A stretch of 64,000 bases of DNA from NCBI GenBank assembly GCA_030390025.1, contig JASTWF010000033.1:3412001-3476000 (forward strand), given 5' to 3'. The position numbers were made by a program, and so were the translations under genes. How positions within the stretch are numbered: the stretch's first letter is position 1; each line of letters opens with the position of its first letter. The DNA is from Squalus acanthias (Eukaryota). This document shows, piece by piece, positions 24,092-35,300 of this stretch. The notes beneath the pieces are model-generated. The model did no database searches. It was not told the DNA's origin and saw only the letters and a program-made list of their open reading frames with translations.

Positions 24092-24385
24092 GGCCCCTGC
24101 CATTGCTACAAACACTAATCAACCCAGCACGCAACCCCTAAGCCGGCCAAGGCACCAATAATTCCAACCACCAGCCATGTATATTTTGAATACAGAAACT
24201 TATTTATTTTACAAACTCTGTGTGTGTCAATTCCTCATGACAAACTCATAGAAATAAACACAAAAAAACAGTCAATAACATAACTGGTTCTCACAACCTG
24301 GAGATAATGTCCAAAACACTAAACAAAAGTTGGACCATGAACCTCGGCCTTTAATAAAAAAATGACCAGCATTTTGGCACACCTC

Positions 24386-26372
24386 CTACTTTTTGCCCTT
24401 CGAGGGTGATCTCCTTCCCTTGCGCACTTCCCCCCTTCTAACCCTACTGCTCCTCCGTAATGGGACCTCAGTGGCTGCAGCAAGGCTGGTGGAAGGCTGC
24501 TGCTCGTCAGACCCTGACACTGCAGATGCCCCTGAAGGACGGCCTCGACCACTTCTGGGACTGGAGGGCCCGGCTGCAGACTGCACCAACTCTGCATGGG
24601 CGGCAGCAGTCTGTCCTACAGGCGGTGGCAGGTGCAGTGGAGAAGTGACAGTGTTGGCAGCAGGAATGCTGTCATCGTGAGAGGGGCCAGCAACTCCCTG
24701 CTCGCCCGACACACTGGCACTCCCACGGGGCAGCACTTCAGCATCCGGAGCAATTTGCCGGAGAACAGATTGCTGGCCTGCTGCGGCGCGGTGACAGCCC
24801 CGGGGACATGTGCACGAACCATCGAGGTTGGCAGCAGTCTGTGCTCGCGTGGCCTCCATCTGAGTCTGTATGAGAGCAATCAGAGGTGGGATCACGGCAG
24901 CCAGTGACTGAATTGCAGCACTAAGCGTTAGTGTGGCATCCGCCTGTGCTACAGCGAAGTGCTCCACACTCCTTGCCAATGACTCAATGCAATCGGGCAC
25001 CCTTCCCACTGCACCCATGAGCTCAGTGTGCATGCTCACCGCCTGGGTGTTCATTTCTGCAATCAGCCGCTCCTCCTCTGCGTCCATTGCAGTAGGAGTG
25101 TCTGGCATACTCTCCCTCTGGGGAGAAGGCCCCCGTTCTTCCCTACCCCCCCCCCCCATGGCGTTGCTGCAGCCCGCTGGGTCCTGGAGCTTCACCATCA
25201 TCAGCCCCTTCCCCCCTGCTCCCCTCCGGGGAAGGCGTGTTCCCAGTGTGGGCATGGGCTTCCTCGGGAGAGGGTGGCACTGATGCTCCGGCTTCCTCTT
25301 CCTCCTCAGCTGCAGCATCACTCCCAGTGGCAGCTTCAGGGCCCGTCTCCTCAGCTGGTGAATCACCATCTGAAAGCAGGGAGGTACAAGAGTGGCTTTA
25401 GCGTGAGGACAGGGTGGCAGTAAGGGAGGAATAAGTGCAGCGAGTTAGCAAGTTGGATTGAAAGTGTCAAAGGCTGGTATTGTGAGGGACAAGTGGAAGG
25501 ACAGAGGACAAAAAGGTGATGACCTTACCATTGCTGTCCACAACGGGGTCGGCGTCTCCAGTGGCGACGGGACCGATCACCCGGCTTGCCACAATCCTGT
25601 GGACGCGCTCCTCCAGATCGCTGAGGGGTTGCAGCTGAAGCCGCCCTCCACCCGTCCATTGCTGCTGTCTCCGATTATGAGCCAGCTTAGCCTGCAAGAA
25701 AAAGGACAGCATCTGAGTAAATATACAGCCATGGTCTTGCCTGATGTGCCTCCCATAGGTGAATAGCCCTTACAATATACAGCCATGGTCTGGCCTGATG
25801 AGCCTCCCAAAGGTGAATAGCCCTTACAATATACAGCCATGGTCTTGCCTGATGTGCCTCCCATGGTTGAATAGCCCTTACAATATACAGCCATGGTCTT
25901 GCCTGATGTGCCTCCCATAGGTGAATAGCCCTTACAATATACAGCCATGGTCTTGCCTGATGTGCCTCCCATAGGTGAATAGCCCTTACTGTATGCAAAG
26001 TGTGGAATGTGTGTGTGTTTGATGAAAGGGCCATAGGTGTTGGAATTGAGTTGTGCATTGGGGTTTTAAGACCTTCTGGCCATAGAGTGAGGTTGCGATG
26101 GAGGGATGGAGAGGTATTGAGAAAAAGCCACTCACCCTGACGACCCGAGTGAGGTCGTTGAACTTTTTGCAGCATTGAACATGGGTCCTGGGCACCATGC
26201 TCCTGGAGGAGACGCTCTGAGCCACCTCCCTCCACACTCTTCTGAACTCGCGTGGCAAAGGCCTCCTGCCACTCTCCGGGAACAGCATGCATCGTCTGCG
26301 CTCCACTGCGTCAACCAAAGCATCCAAGGCCCGCTCGGTGAAGCGATGAGCGCGTTCTCTCACCCTCTCCAT
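24386..26372 (-). CDS. Harbinger Myb/SANT-like DNA-binding protein, three exons (26372-26136, 25691-25529, 25369-24386), +1 frameshift in G12 run at 25157-25146
   Basis: Exon 1 RFTERALDALVDAV...WREVAQSV...RTHVQCCKKFNDL; exon 2 AKLAHNRRQQQWTGGG; GTGAGT/TTGCAG and GTAAGG/TTTCAG splice sites with consistent phases 0 and 1; basic C-terminus RRSSRVRR...KGKK. Confidence 0.85.
25718..25989. repeat. 54-bp minisatellite, 5 copies, in intron 1 of the Myb-like gene
   Basis: Unit TACAATATACAGCCATGGTCTTGCCTGATGTGCCTCCCATAGGTGAATAGCCCT. Confidence 0.95.
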
Positions 26373-26747
26373 GCTTGGCAGCAAAATGGATTACAGGTCT
26401 CTCCAGGCTGAGATTCAAGGCTGCAATGAGCAGGGTGTGGCTGGGGAGCAAGTGCCCCCCCCCCCCCCCCGCTTTAAGAAGTGTCCGGCGCCATTGTGTC
26501 TGTGTTCCCTCGCTAACTGGCAGCAGCTGCGCTGCGCTCGTGCGCTGAGTTAGCGCCTCACTCCTTGGCCTTTAGCCTTAAGAGAGGTGTCCAGTGCCTA
26601 CTTTAGCGCTCCACTCCCCTCCCGGGGCGGTAAAAGTGAAGTTTCCTGCCAGTGCCGATAATTAGCACCAGGCGCTAATATTTGCGTCCGGACGATATTT
26701 GCGCCCCAAATGGGGCGCGACCTAATTTCTACACCACTGACTCTATT

Positions 26748-27520
26748 TCTCAAAATTAATACCGCCCCTCGAACTGATACAGACCCTCAAACTAATACAG
26801 CCCCTCAAACTAATAGAGAATCTCAAACTAATAGAGCTCCTCAAACTAATACAGACCTCAAACTAATACAGATCCTCAAACTAATAGAGCTCCTCAAACT
26901 AATAGAGCCCCTCAAACTAATACAGATCCTCAAACTAATACAGCTCCTCAAACTAATACAGACCCTCAAACTAATAGAGAACCTCAAACTAATAGAGCTC
27001 TTCAAACTAATACAGACCCTCAAACTAATACAGCCCCTCAAAATAATACAGCCCCTCAAACTAATACAGCTCCTCAAACTAATATAGCCCCTCAAACTAA
27101 TACAGACCCTCAAACTAATACAGACACTCAAACTAATACAGCACCTAAAACTAATACAGCCCCTCAAACCAATACAGACCCTCAAACTAATAAAGCCCCT
27201 CAAACTAATACAGCCCCTCAAACTAATACAGCAAATCAACCTAATACAACTCCTCAAACTAATACAACACCTCAAACTAATACAGCACCTCAAACTAATA
27301 CAACCGCTCAAACTATTACAGCACCTCAAACTAATACAGAACCTCAAACTAATACAGCACCTCAAACTAACACAGCACCTCAAAATAATACAGCACCTCA
27401 AACTAATACAGCACCTCAAACTAACACAGCACATTAAAATAATACAGCACCTCAAACTAATACACCCCCTCAGACTAATACAGCTCCTCATACTAATACA
27501 GACCCTCAGACTAATACAGA
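26748..27520. repeat. 18-bp minisatellite (CCTCAAACTAATACAGCC)n, right part
   Basis: Same unit and orientation as 15885-17630. Confidence 0.97.
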
Positions 27521-27524
27521 AACT

Positions 27525-28897
27525 GTGACAGCTCAGAGTCAGACACTGAAAACACTGAATCCACAGTGACATCACACACGGCCCCCTCCAAGGGACAGCT
27601 CAGAGTCAGAGACTGAAAACACTGCACCCACAGTGACATCACACACTGCACCCTCCCTGGGACAGCTCAGAGTCAGTCACTGAACAAACTGCACCCACAG
27701 TGACATCACACACTGCCCCCTCCCTGGGGCAGCTCAGATTTAGACACTGAATACACTGCACCCACAGTGACATCACACACTGTCCCCTCCCTGGGACAGC
27801 TCAGGGTCAGGCACTGAACACACTGCACCCACAGTGACATCACACACTGTCCCCTCCCTGGGACAGCTCAGGGTCAGACACTGAACACACTGCACCCACA
27901 GTGACAGCACTCACTGCCCCCTTCCTGCGGCAGCTCAGAGTCATGACACTGAACACACTGCACCCACAGTGACATCACACAGAGCCCCCTTCCGGGAACA
28001 GCTCAGAGTCGGTCACTGAAAATACTGCACCCAAAGTGACATCACAAACTGCCCCCTTCCTGGGGCAGCTCAGAGTCATGACACTGAACACACTGCACCC
28101 ACAGTGACATCACACACTGCCCCCTCCCGGGAACAGCTCAGAGTCGGTCACTGAAAATACTGCACCCAAAGTGACATCACAAACTGCCCCCTCCCTGGGA
28201 CAGCTCAGAGTCAGACACTGAACACACTGCACCCACAGTGACAACACACACTGCCCCCTCCCTGGGAAAGCTCAGAGTCAGACACTGAACATACTGCACC
28301 CACAGTGACATCACATACTGCGCCCTCCCTGGGAAAGGTCAGAGTCAGACACTGAACATACTGTACCCACAGTGACATCACACACTGCGCCCTCCCTGGG
28401 ACAGCTCAGGGTCAGACACTGAACATACTGCACCCACAGTGACATCACACACTGCCCCCTCCCTGGGACAGCTCAGCGTCAGACACTGAACATACTGCAC
28501 CCACAGTGACATCACACACTGCCCCCTCCCTGGGACAGCTCAGTGTCAGACACTGAACATACTGCACCCAGAGTGACATCACACACTGCCCCCTCCTTGG
28601 GGCAGCTTAGGGTCAGACACTGAACACACTGCACCCACAGTGACATCACACACTGCCCCCTCCCTGGGACAGCTCAGAGTCAGACACTGAACATACTGCA
28701 CCCACAGTGACATCACAAAGAGCCCACTCCCTGGGACAGCTCAGATTCAGACACTGAACTCACTGCAACTAAAGTAACATCACATACTTCACCCTCACTG
28801 GGACAGCTCAGAGTCAGACACTGAACCCACTGCACCTACAGTGACATCTAAAACTGCCCCCTCCCTGGTACCGCTCTGAGTCAGACACTGAACACAC
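27525..28897. repeat. 67-bp tandem repeat, ~20 copies, runs into assembly gap
   Basis: Unit GACAGCTCAGAGTCAGACACTGAACACACTGCACCCACAGTGACATCACACACTGCCCCCTCCCTGG; GACATC at 28441 and 28508. Confidence 0.96.
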
Positions 28898-29397
28898 NNN
28901 NNNNNNNNNNNNNNNNNNNNNNNNNNNNNNNNNNNNNNNNNNNNNNNNNNNNNNNNNNNNNNNNNNNNNNNNNNNNNNNNNNNNNNNNNNNNNNNNNNNN
29001 NNNNNNNNNNNNNNNNNNNNNNNNNNNNNNNNNNNNNNNNNNNNNNNNNNNNNNNNNNNNNNNNNNNNNNNNNNNNNNNNNNNNNNNNNNNNNNNNNNNN
29101 NNNNNNNNNNNNNNNNNNNNNNNNNNNNNNNNNNNNNNNNNNNNNNNNNNNNNNNNNNNNNNNNNNNNNNNNNNNNNNNNNNNNNNNNNNNNNNNNNNNN
29201 NNNNNNNNNNNNNNNNNNNNNNNNNNNNNNNNNNNNNNNNNNNNNNNNNNNNNNNNNNNNNNNNNNNNNNNNNNNNNNNNNNNNNNNNNNNNNNNNNNNN
29301 NNNNNNNNNNNNNNNNNNNNNNNNNNNNNNNNNNNNNNNNNNNNNNNNNNNNNNNNNNNNNNNNNNNNNNNNNNNNNNNNNNNNNNNNNNNNNNNNN
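28898..29397. other. Assembly gap (500 N)
   Basis: N run of round length, so true size unknown. Confidence 0.99.
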
Positions 29398-32300
29398 TGC
29401 TCTCCTCACTGTTTCCTACATTTCAACAGTCCGTCTCTGTGCTCCTGAAGTCTGCTACTCTCCTCAATGTTTAATACATTTCACCAGTCTGTTTTTGTGC
29501 TCCTGAAGTATGCTACTCTGCTCACTGTTTACTACATTTCACCAGTCTGTTAATGTGATCCTGAAGTCTGCCAATCTCTTCACTGTTTACAACGTTTCAC
29601 CAGTCTGTCTGTGTGCTCCTGAAGTCTGCTGCTCTCCTCACTGTTTACAACATTTCACAAGTCTCTCTGTGGGCTCCTGAAGTCTGCTAATCTCCTCACT
29701 GTTAACCACATTTCAACAGTCTGTCTGTGCTCCTGAAGTCTGCGACTCTCCTCACTGTTTTCTGCATTTCACCAGTCTGTCTGTCTGTTCCTGAAGTCTG
29801 CTCATCTCCTCACTTTTTGCTGCATTTCACCAGTCTGTCTGTGTGCTCCTGAAGTCTGTTACTCTCCTCACTGTTTACTACATTTCCCCAGTCTGTCTGT
29901 GTGCGTCTGAATTCTGCTACACTCCTCACTGTTTACTACATTTCACCAGTCAGTCTGTTTTCTCCTAAAGTGTGTTACTCTCCTTACAGTTTACTACATT
30001 TCACCAGTCTGTCTGTGTGTTCCTGAAGTCTGCTACTCTCCTCACTGTTTACTACATTTCACCAGTCTGTCTGTGTGCTCCTGATGTCTGTTATTCTCCA
30101 AACTGTTTAATACATTTCGCCAGTCTGTCTGTGTGCTTCTGCAGTCTGCTACTCTCCTCACTGTTTACTACATTTCAACAGTCTGTCTATGTGCTCTACA
30201 AGTCTGCTACTCTCCTCACTGTTTACGACATCTCACCAGTCTGTCTATGTGATCCTGAAGTCTGATAATCTCCTCACTCTTTACTACATTTCACCAGTCT
30301 GTCTGTGTGCTCTTTAAGTCTGCTACTCTCCTCACTGTTTACTACATTTCTTCAGTCTGTCTGTGTGATCCTGAAGTCTGCTACTCTCCTCTCTTTTTAC
30401 TACATTTCTCCAGTATGTTTGCGTGTTCCTGAATTCTGCTAATATCCGCCCTGTTTACTACATGTCACCTGTCTGTCTGTGTGCTCCTGAAGTTTGTTAC
30501 TCTCCTCACTTTTACTACATTTCACCAGTCTGTCTGTGTGCTCCTGAAGTCAGCTATTCTCCTCACTGTTTTCTACATTTCAACTTCTCTCAATGTGATC
30601 CTGATGTCTGCTACTCTCCTCAGTGTTTACTACATTTAACCAGTCTGTCTTTGTGCTCCTGAAGTCTGCTACTCTCCTCACTGTTTACCACATTTCACCA
30701 GTCTGTCTGTGCTCCTGAAGTCTGCCACTCTCCTCACTGTTTTCTACATTTCACCAGTCTGTCTGTGTGCTCCTGAAGTCTGATACTCTCCTCACTGTTT
30801 ACTACATTTCACCAGTCTGTCTGTGTGCTCCTGAAGTCAACTGCTCTCCTCACTGTTTACTACATTTCACCAGTCTCTCTGTGTGATCCTGAAGTCTGCT
30901 ACTCTCATCACTGTTTACGACATTTCACCAGTCCGTCTGTGTGCTCCTGAACTCTGCTACTTTCCTCACTGTTTACAGCATTTTACCAGTCTGTCTGTGT
31001 CCTCCTGAAGTATGCTACTCTCCTCACTGTTTACTGCATTTCACCAGTCTGTCTGTGCTCCTAAAGTCTGCTGCTCTCCTCGATGTTTACTACATTTCAC
31101 CAGTCTGTCTGTGCTCCTGAAGTCTGCTGCTCTCCTCACTGTTTACTACATTTCAACAGAGTCTCTGTGTGCTCCTGAAGTCTGGTACACTCTTCACTGT
31201 TTACTAAATTTCACCAGTCTGTCTGTGTGCTCCTGAAGTCTGCTACTCTCCTCACTGTTTACTACATTTCACCAGTCTGTCTGTGTACTCCTGAAGTCTG
31301 CTGCTCTCCTCACTGTTTTCTACATTTCACCAGTCTGTCTGTGTGCTGCTGACGTCTGGTACTCTCTTCACTGTTTAATACGTTTCACCAGTCTGTCTCT
31401 GTGCTCCTGAAGTCTGCTACTCTCCTCAATGTTTAATACATTTCACCAGTCTGTTTTTGTGCTCCTGAAGTCTGCTACTCTCCTCACTGTTTACGACATT
31501 TCAATATGTCTGTCTATGTGCACCTGAAGTCTACTACTCTCCTCAATGTTTACTACATTTCACCAGTCTGTCTGTGTGTTCGTGAATTCTGCCACTCTCC
31601 TCACTGTTTGCTGCATTTCACCAGTCTGTCTGTCTGTTCCTGAATTCTGCGACTCTCCTCACTGTTTACTACATTTCACCAGTCTGTCTGTGTGCTCCTG
31701 AATTCTGTCACTCTCCTCACTGTTTAGTACATTTCAACAGGCTCTCTGTGCAACTGAAGTCTGCTACTCTCCTCACTGTTTATTACATTTCACCAGTCTG
31801 TCTGTGTGATCCTCAAGTCTGCGACTCTCCTCACTGTTTCCCTCCATTTCACCAGTCTGTCTGTGTGCTCCTGAAGTCTGCTACTTTCCTCACTGATTGC
31901 TACATTTCACCTGTCTGTCTGTGTGCTCCTGAAGTCTGCTACTCTCCTCACTGTTTACTGCATTTCACGAGTCTGTCTGTGTGCTGCTGAAGTCTAGTAC
32001 TCTCTTCAGTGTTTAATACGTTTCACCTGTCGGTCTGTGTGCTCCTGAAGTCTGTTACTCTCCTCACTGTTTACTACATTTCACCAGTCTGTCTTTGTGC
32101 TCCGGAATCTGTTACTCTCCTCACTGTTTACCACATTTCACCAGTCTGTCTGTGTGCTCCTGAAGTCTGCTGCTCTCCTCACTGTTTACTACATTTCACA
32201 AGTCTGTCTGTGCGCTCCTGAAGTCTGATACTCTCCTCACTGTTTACTACATTTCACCAGTCTGTCTTTGTGCTCCTGAAGTCTGATACTCTCCTCACTG

Positions 32301-35300
32301 TTTACTGCATTTCACCAGTCTGTCTGTGTGCTCCTGAATTCTGATACTCTCATCACTGTTTACTGCATTTCACCAGTCTGTCTGTGTGCTTCTGAAGTCT
32401 GTTACTCTCTTCACTGTTTACAGCATTTCACCATTCTGTCTGTCTGTTCCTGCAGTCTGATAATCTCCTCACTTTTTGCTGCATTTCACCAGACTGTCTG
32501 TGTGCTCCTGAATTCTGCTACACTCCTCACTTTTTACTACATTTCACCAGTCTGTCTGTGTGCTCCTGAAGTCTGCTACTCTCCTCACTGTTTACCACAT
32601 TTCAACAGTCTGTCTGTGCTCCTGAATTCTGCGACTCTCCTCACTGTTTTCTACAATTCACCAGTCTGTCTGTGTGATCCTGAAGTCTGCTACTCTGCTC
32701 ACTGTTTACTACACTTCACCAGTGAGTCTGTGCTCCTGAAGTCTGCTGCTCTCCTCACTGTTTACTACATTTCAACAGACTGTCTGTGTGCTCCTGAAGT
32801 ATGGTACTCTCTTCACTGTTTACTACATTTCACCAGTCTGTCTGTGTGCTCCTGAAGTATGGTACTCTCTTCACTGTTTACTACATTTCACCAGTCTGTC
32901 TGTGTGCTCCTGAAGTCTGTTACTCTCCTCAGTGTTTACTACATTTCACCAGTCTGTCTGTGTGCTCCTGAAGTCTGTTGCTCTCCTCACTGTTTACTAC
33001 ATTTCACCAGTCTGTCTTTGTGCTCCTGAAGTATGCTACTCTCCTCACTGTTTACTACATTTCACCAGTCTGTCTGTGTGATCCTGAAGTCTGCTACTCT
33101 CTTCACTGTTTACAACGTTTCACCAGTCTGTCTGTGTGCTCCTGAAGTCTGCTGCTCTCCTCACTGTTTACTACATTTCACAAGTCTGTCTGTGTGCTCC
33201 TGAAGTCTGCTATTCTCCTCACTGTTTACCACATTTCAACAGTCTGTCTGTGCTGCTGAAGTCTGCGACTCTCCTCACTGTTTTCTACATTTCACCAGTC
33301 TGTCTGTCTGTTCCTGAAGACTGCTCATCTCCTCACTGTTTACTACATTTCACCAGTCTGTCGGTGCTCCTGAAGTCTGGTACTCTCTTCACTGTTTACT
33401 ACATTTCACAAGTCTGTCTGTGTGCTCCTGAAGACTGTTACTCTCCTCAGTGTTTACTACATTTCACCAGTCTGTCTGTGTGCTCCTGAAGTCTGTTGCT
33501 CTCCTCACTGTTTCCTACATTTCACCAGTCTGTCTGTGTGCTCCTGAAGTCTGCTACTCTCCTCACTGTTTACTACATTTCACCAGTCCGTCTGTGTGCT
33601 CCTGAAGTCTGCTACTCTCCTCACTGTTTACTACATTTCACCAGTCTGTCTTTGTGCTCCTGAAGTATGCTACTCTCCTCACTGTTTACTACATTTCACC
33701 AGTCTGTTAATGTGATCCTGAACTCTGCTACGCTCTTCACTGTTTACAACGTTTCACCAGTCTGTCTGTGTGCTGCTGAAGTATGCTGCTCTCCTCACTG
33801 TTTACAACATTTCACAAGTCTGTCTGTGTGCTCCTGAAGTCTGCTACTCTCCTCACTGTTTACCACATTTCAACAGTCTGTCTGTGCTCCTGAAGTCTGC
33901 GACTCTACTCACTGTTTTCTACATTTCACCAGTCTGTCTGTCTGTTCCTGAAGTCTGCTCATCTCCTCACTTTTTGCTGCATTTCACCAGTCTGTCTGTG
34001 TGCTCCTGAAGTCTGGTACTCTCTTCACTGTTCACTACATTTCACCAGTCTGTCTGTGTGCTCCTGAAGTCTGCTGCTCTCCTCACTGTTTACTACATTT
34101 CACGAATCTGTCTGTGTGCTCGTGAAATCTGTTGCTCTCCTCACTGTTAACTGCATTTCACAAGTCTGCCTGTGTGCTCCTGAAGTCTGTTACTCTCCTC
34201 ACTGTTCACTACATTTCACCAGTCTGTCTATGTGGTCCTGAAGTCTGCTACTCTCCACACTGTTTACGACATTTCACCAGTCTGTCTGTGTGCTCCTGAA
34301 GTCTGATACTCTCCTCAAAGTTTACTACATGTCACCAGTTTGTCAGTGTGCTCCGGAAGTCTGATACTCTCCTCACTGTTTAGTACATTTCACCAGTCTG
34401 TCTGTTTGCGTCTGAATTCTGCTAATCTCCTCACTGTTTGCTGTATTTCACCAGTCTGTCTGTGTGCTCCTGAATTCGGCTACTCTCCTCACTGTTGCTG
34501 CATTTCACCAGTCTGTCTGTGTGCTCCTGAAGTCTGTTACTCTCCTCACTGTTCACTACATTTCACCAGTCAGTCTGTGTGCTCCTGAAGTCTGTTAATG
34601 TCCTCACTGTTTACTACATTTCACCAGTCTGCCTGTGTGCTCCTGAAGTCTGGTACTCTCTTCACTGTTTACAACATTTCACCAGTCTGTCTGTGTGCTC
34701 CTGAAGTCTGCTGCTCTCCTCACTGTTTACTACATTTTACATGGTTGTCTGTCTGTTCCTGAATTCTGCTGCTCTCTTCACTGTTTACTACATTTCACCA
34801 GTCTGTCTGTGTTCTCCTGAAGTCTGCTACTTTCCTCACTGTTTACTGCATTTCACCAGTCTGTCTGTCTGTTCCTGAAGTCTGCTGCTCTCCTCACTGT
34901 TTACTACATTTCACCAGTCTGTCTGTCTGTTCCTGAAGTCTGCTGCTCTCCTCGATGTTTACTACATTTCACCAGTCTGTCTGTGTTCTCCTGAAGTCTG
35001 CTACTCTCCTCACTGTTTACTGCATTTCACCAGTCTGTCTGTCTGTTCCTGAAGTCTGCTGCTCTCCTCACTGTTTACTACATTTCAACAGATATTCTTT
35101 GCTCCTAAAGTCTGCTGCTCTCCTCGATGTTTACTACATTTCACCAGTCTGTCTGTGTGCTCCTGAAGTCTGCTACTCTCCTCACTGTTTACTACATTTC
35201 AACAGACTGTCTGTGTGCTCCTGAAGTCTGGTCCTCTCTTCACTGTTTACTACATTTCAGCAGTCTGTCTGTGCTCCTGAAGTCTGCTGCTCTCCTCACT

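Larger units (their letters stand above)
22419..26735 (+). mobile_element. PIF/Harbinger DNA transposon, apparently full length (~4.3 kb)
   Basis: Imperfect TIRs GGGGTAAAAATT (22419-22430) and AATTTCTACACC (26724-26735), 10/12 match; convergent transposase and Myb/SANT-like genes; CpG-rich subterminal palindromes; host CR1 tail ACTCTAT on both sides. Confidence 0.92.

Noticed and set aside
23248..25423. Antisense and alternative-frame ORFs within the Harbinger
   Set aside because: Shadows of GC-rich coding sequence with no recognisable motifs.
15776..27575. LKLIQP, RGCISL and PQTNTA repeat ORFs
   Set aside because: The 18-bp unit is a multiple of three, so open frames are expected; scattered stops, frameshifts and TE insertions argue against coding.
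14390..28897. CRISPR-like look of the 84-, 54- and 67-bp arrays
   Set aside because: Whole units repeat with no unique spacers, there are no cas genes, and the context is vertebrate.
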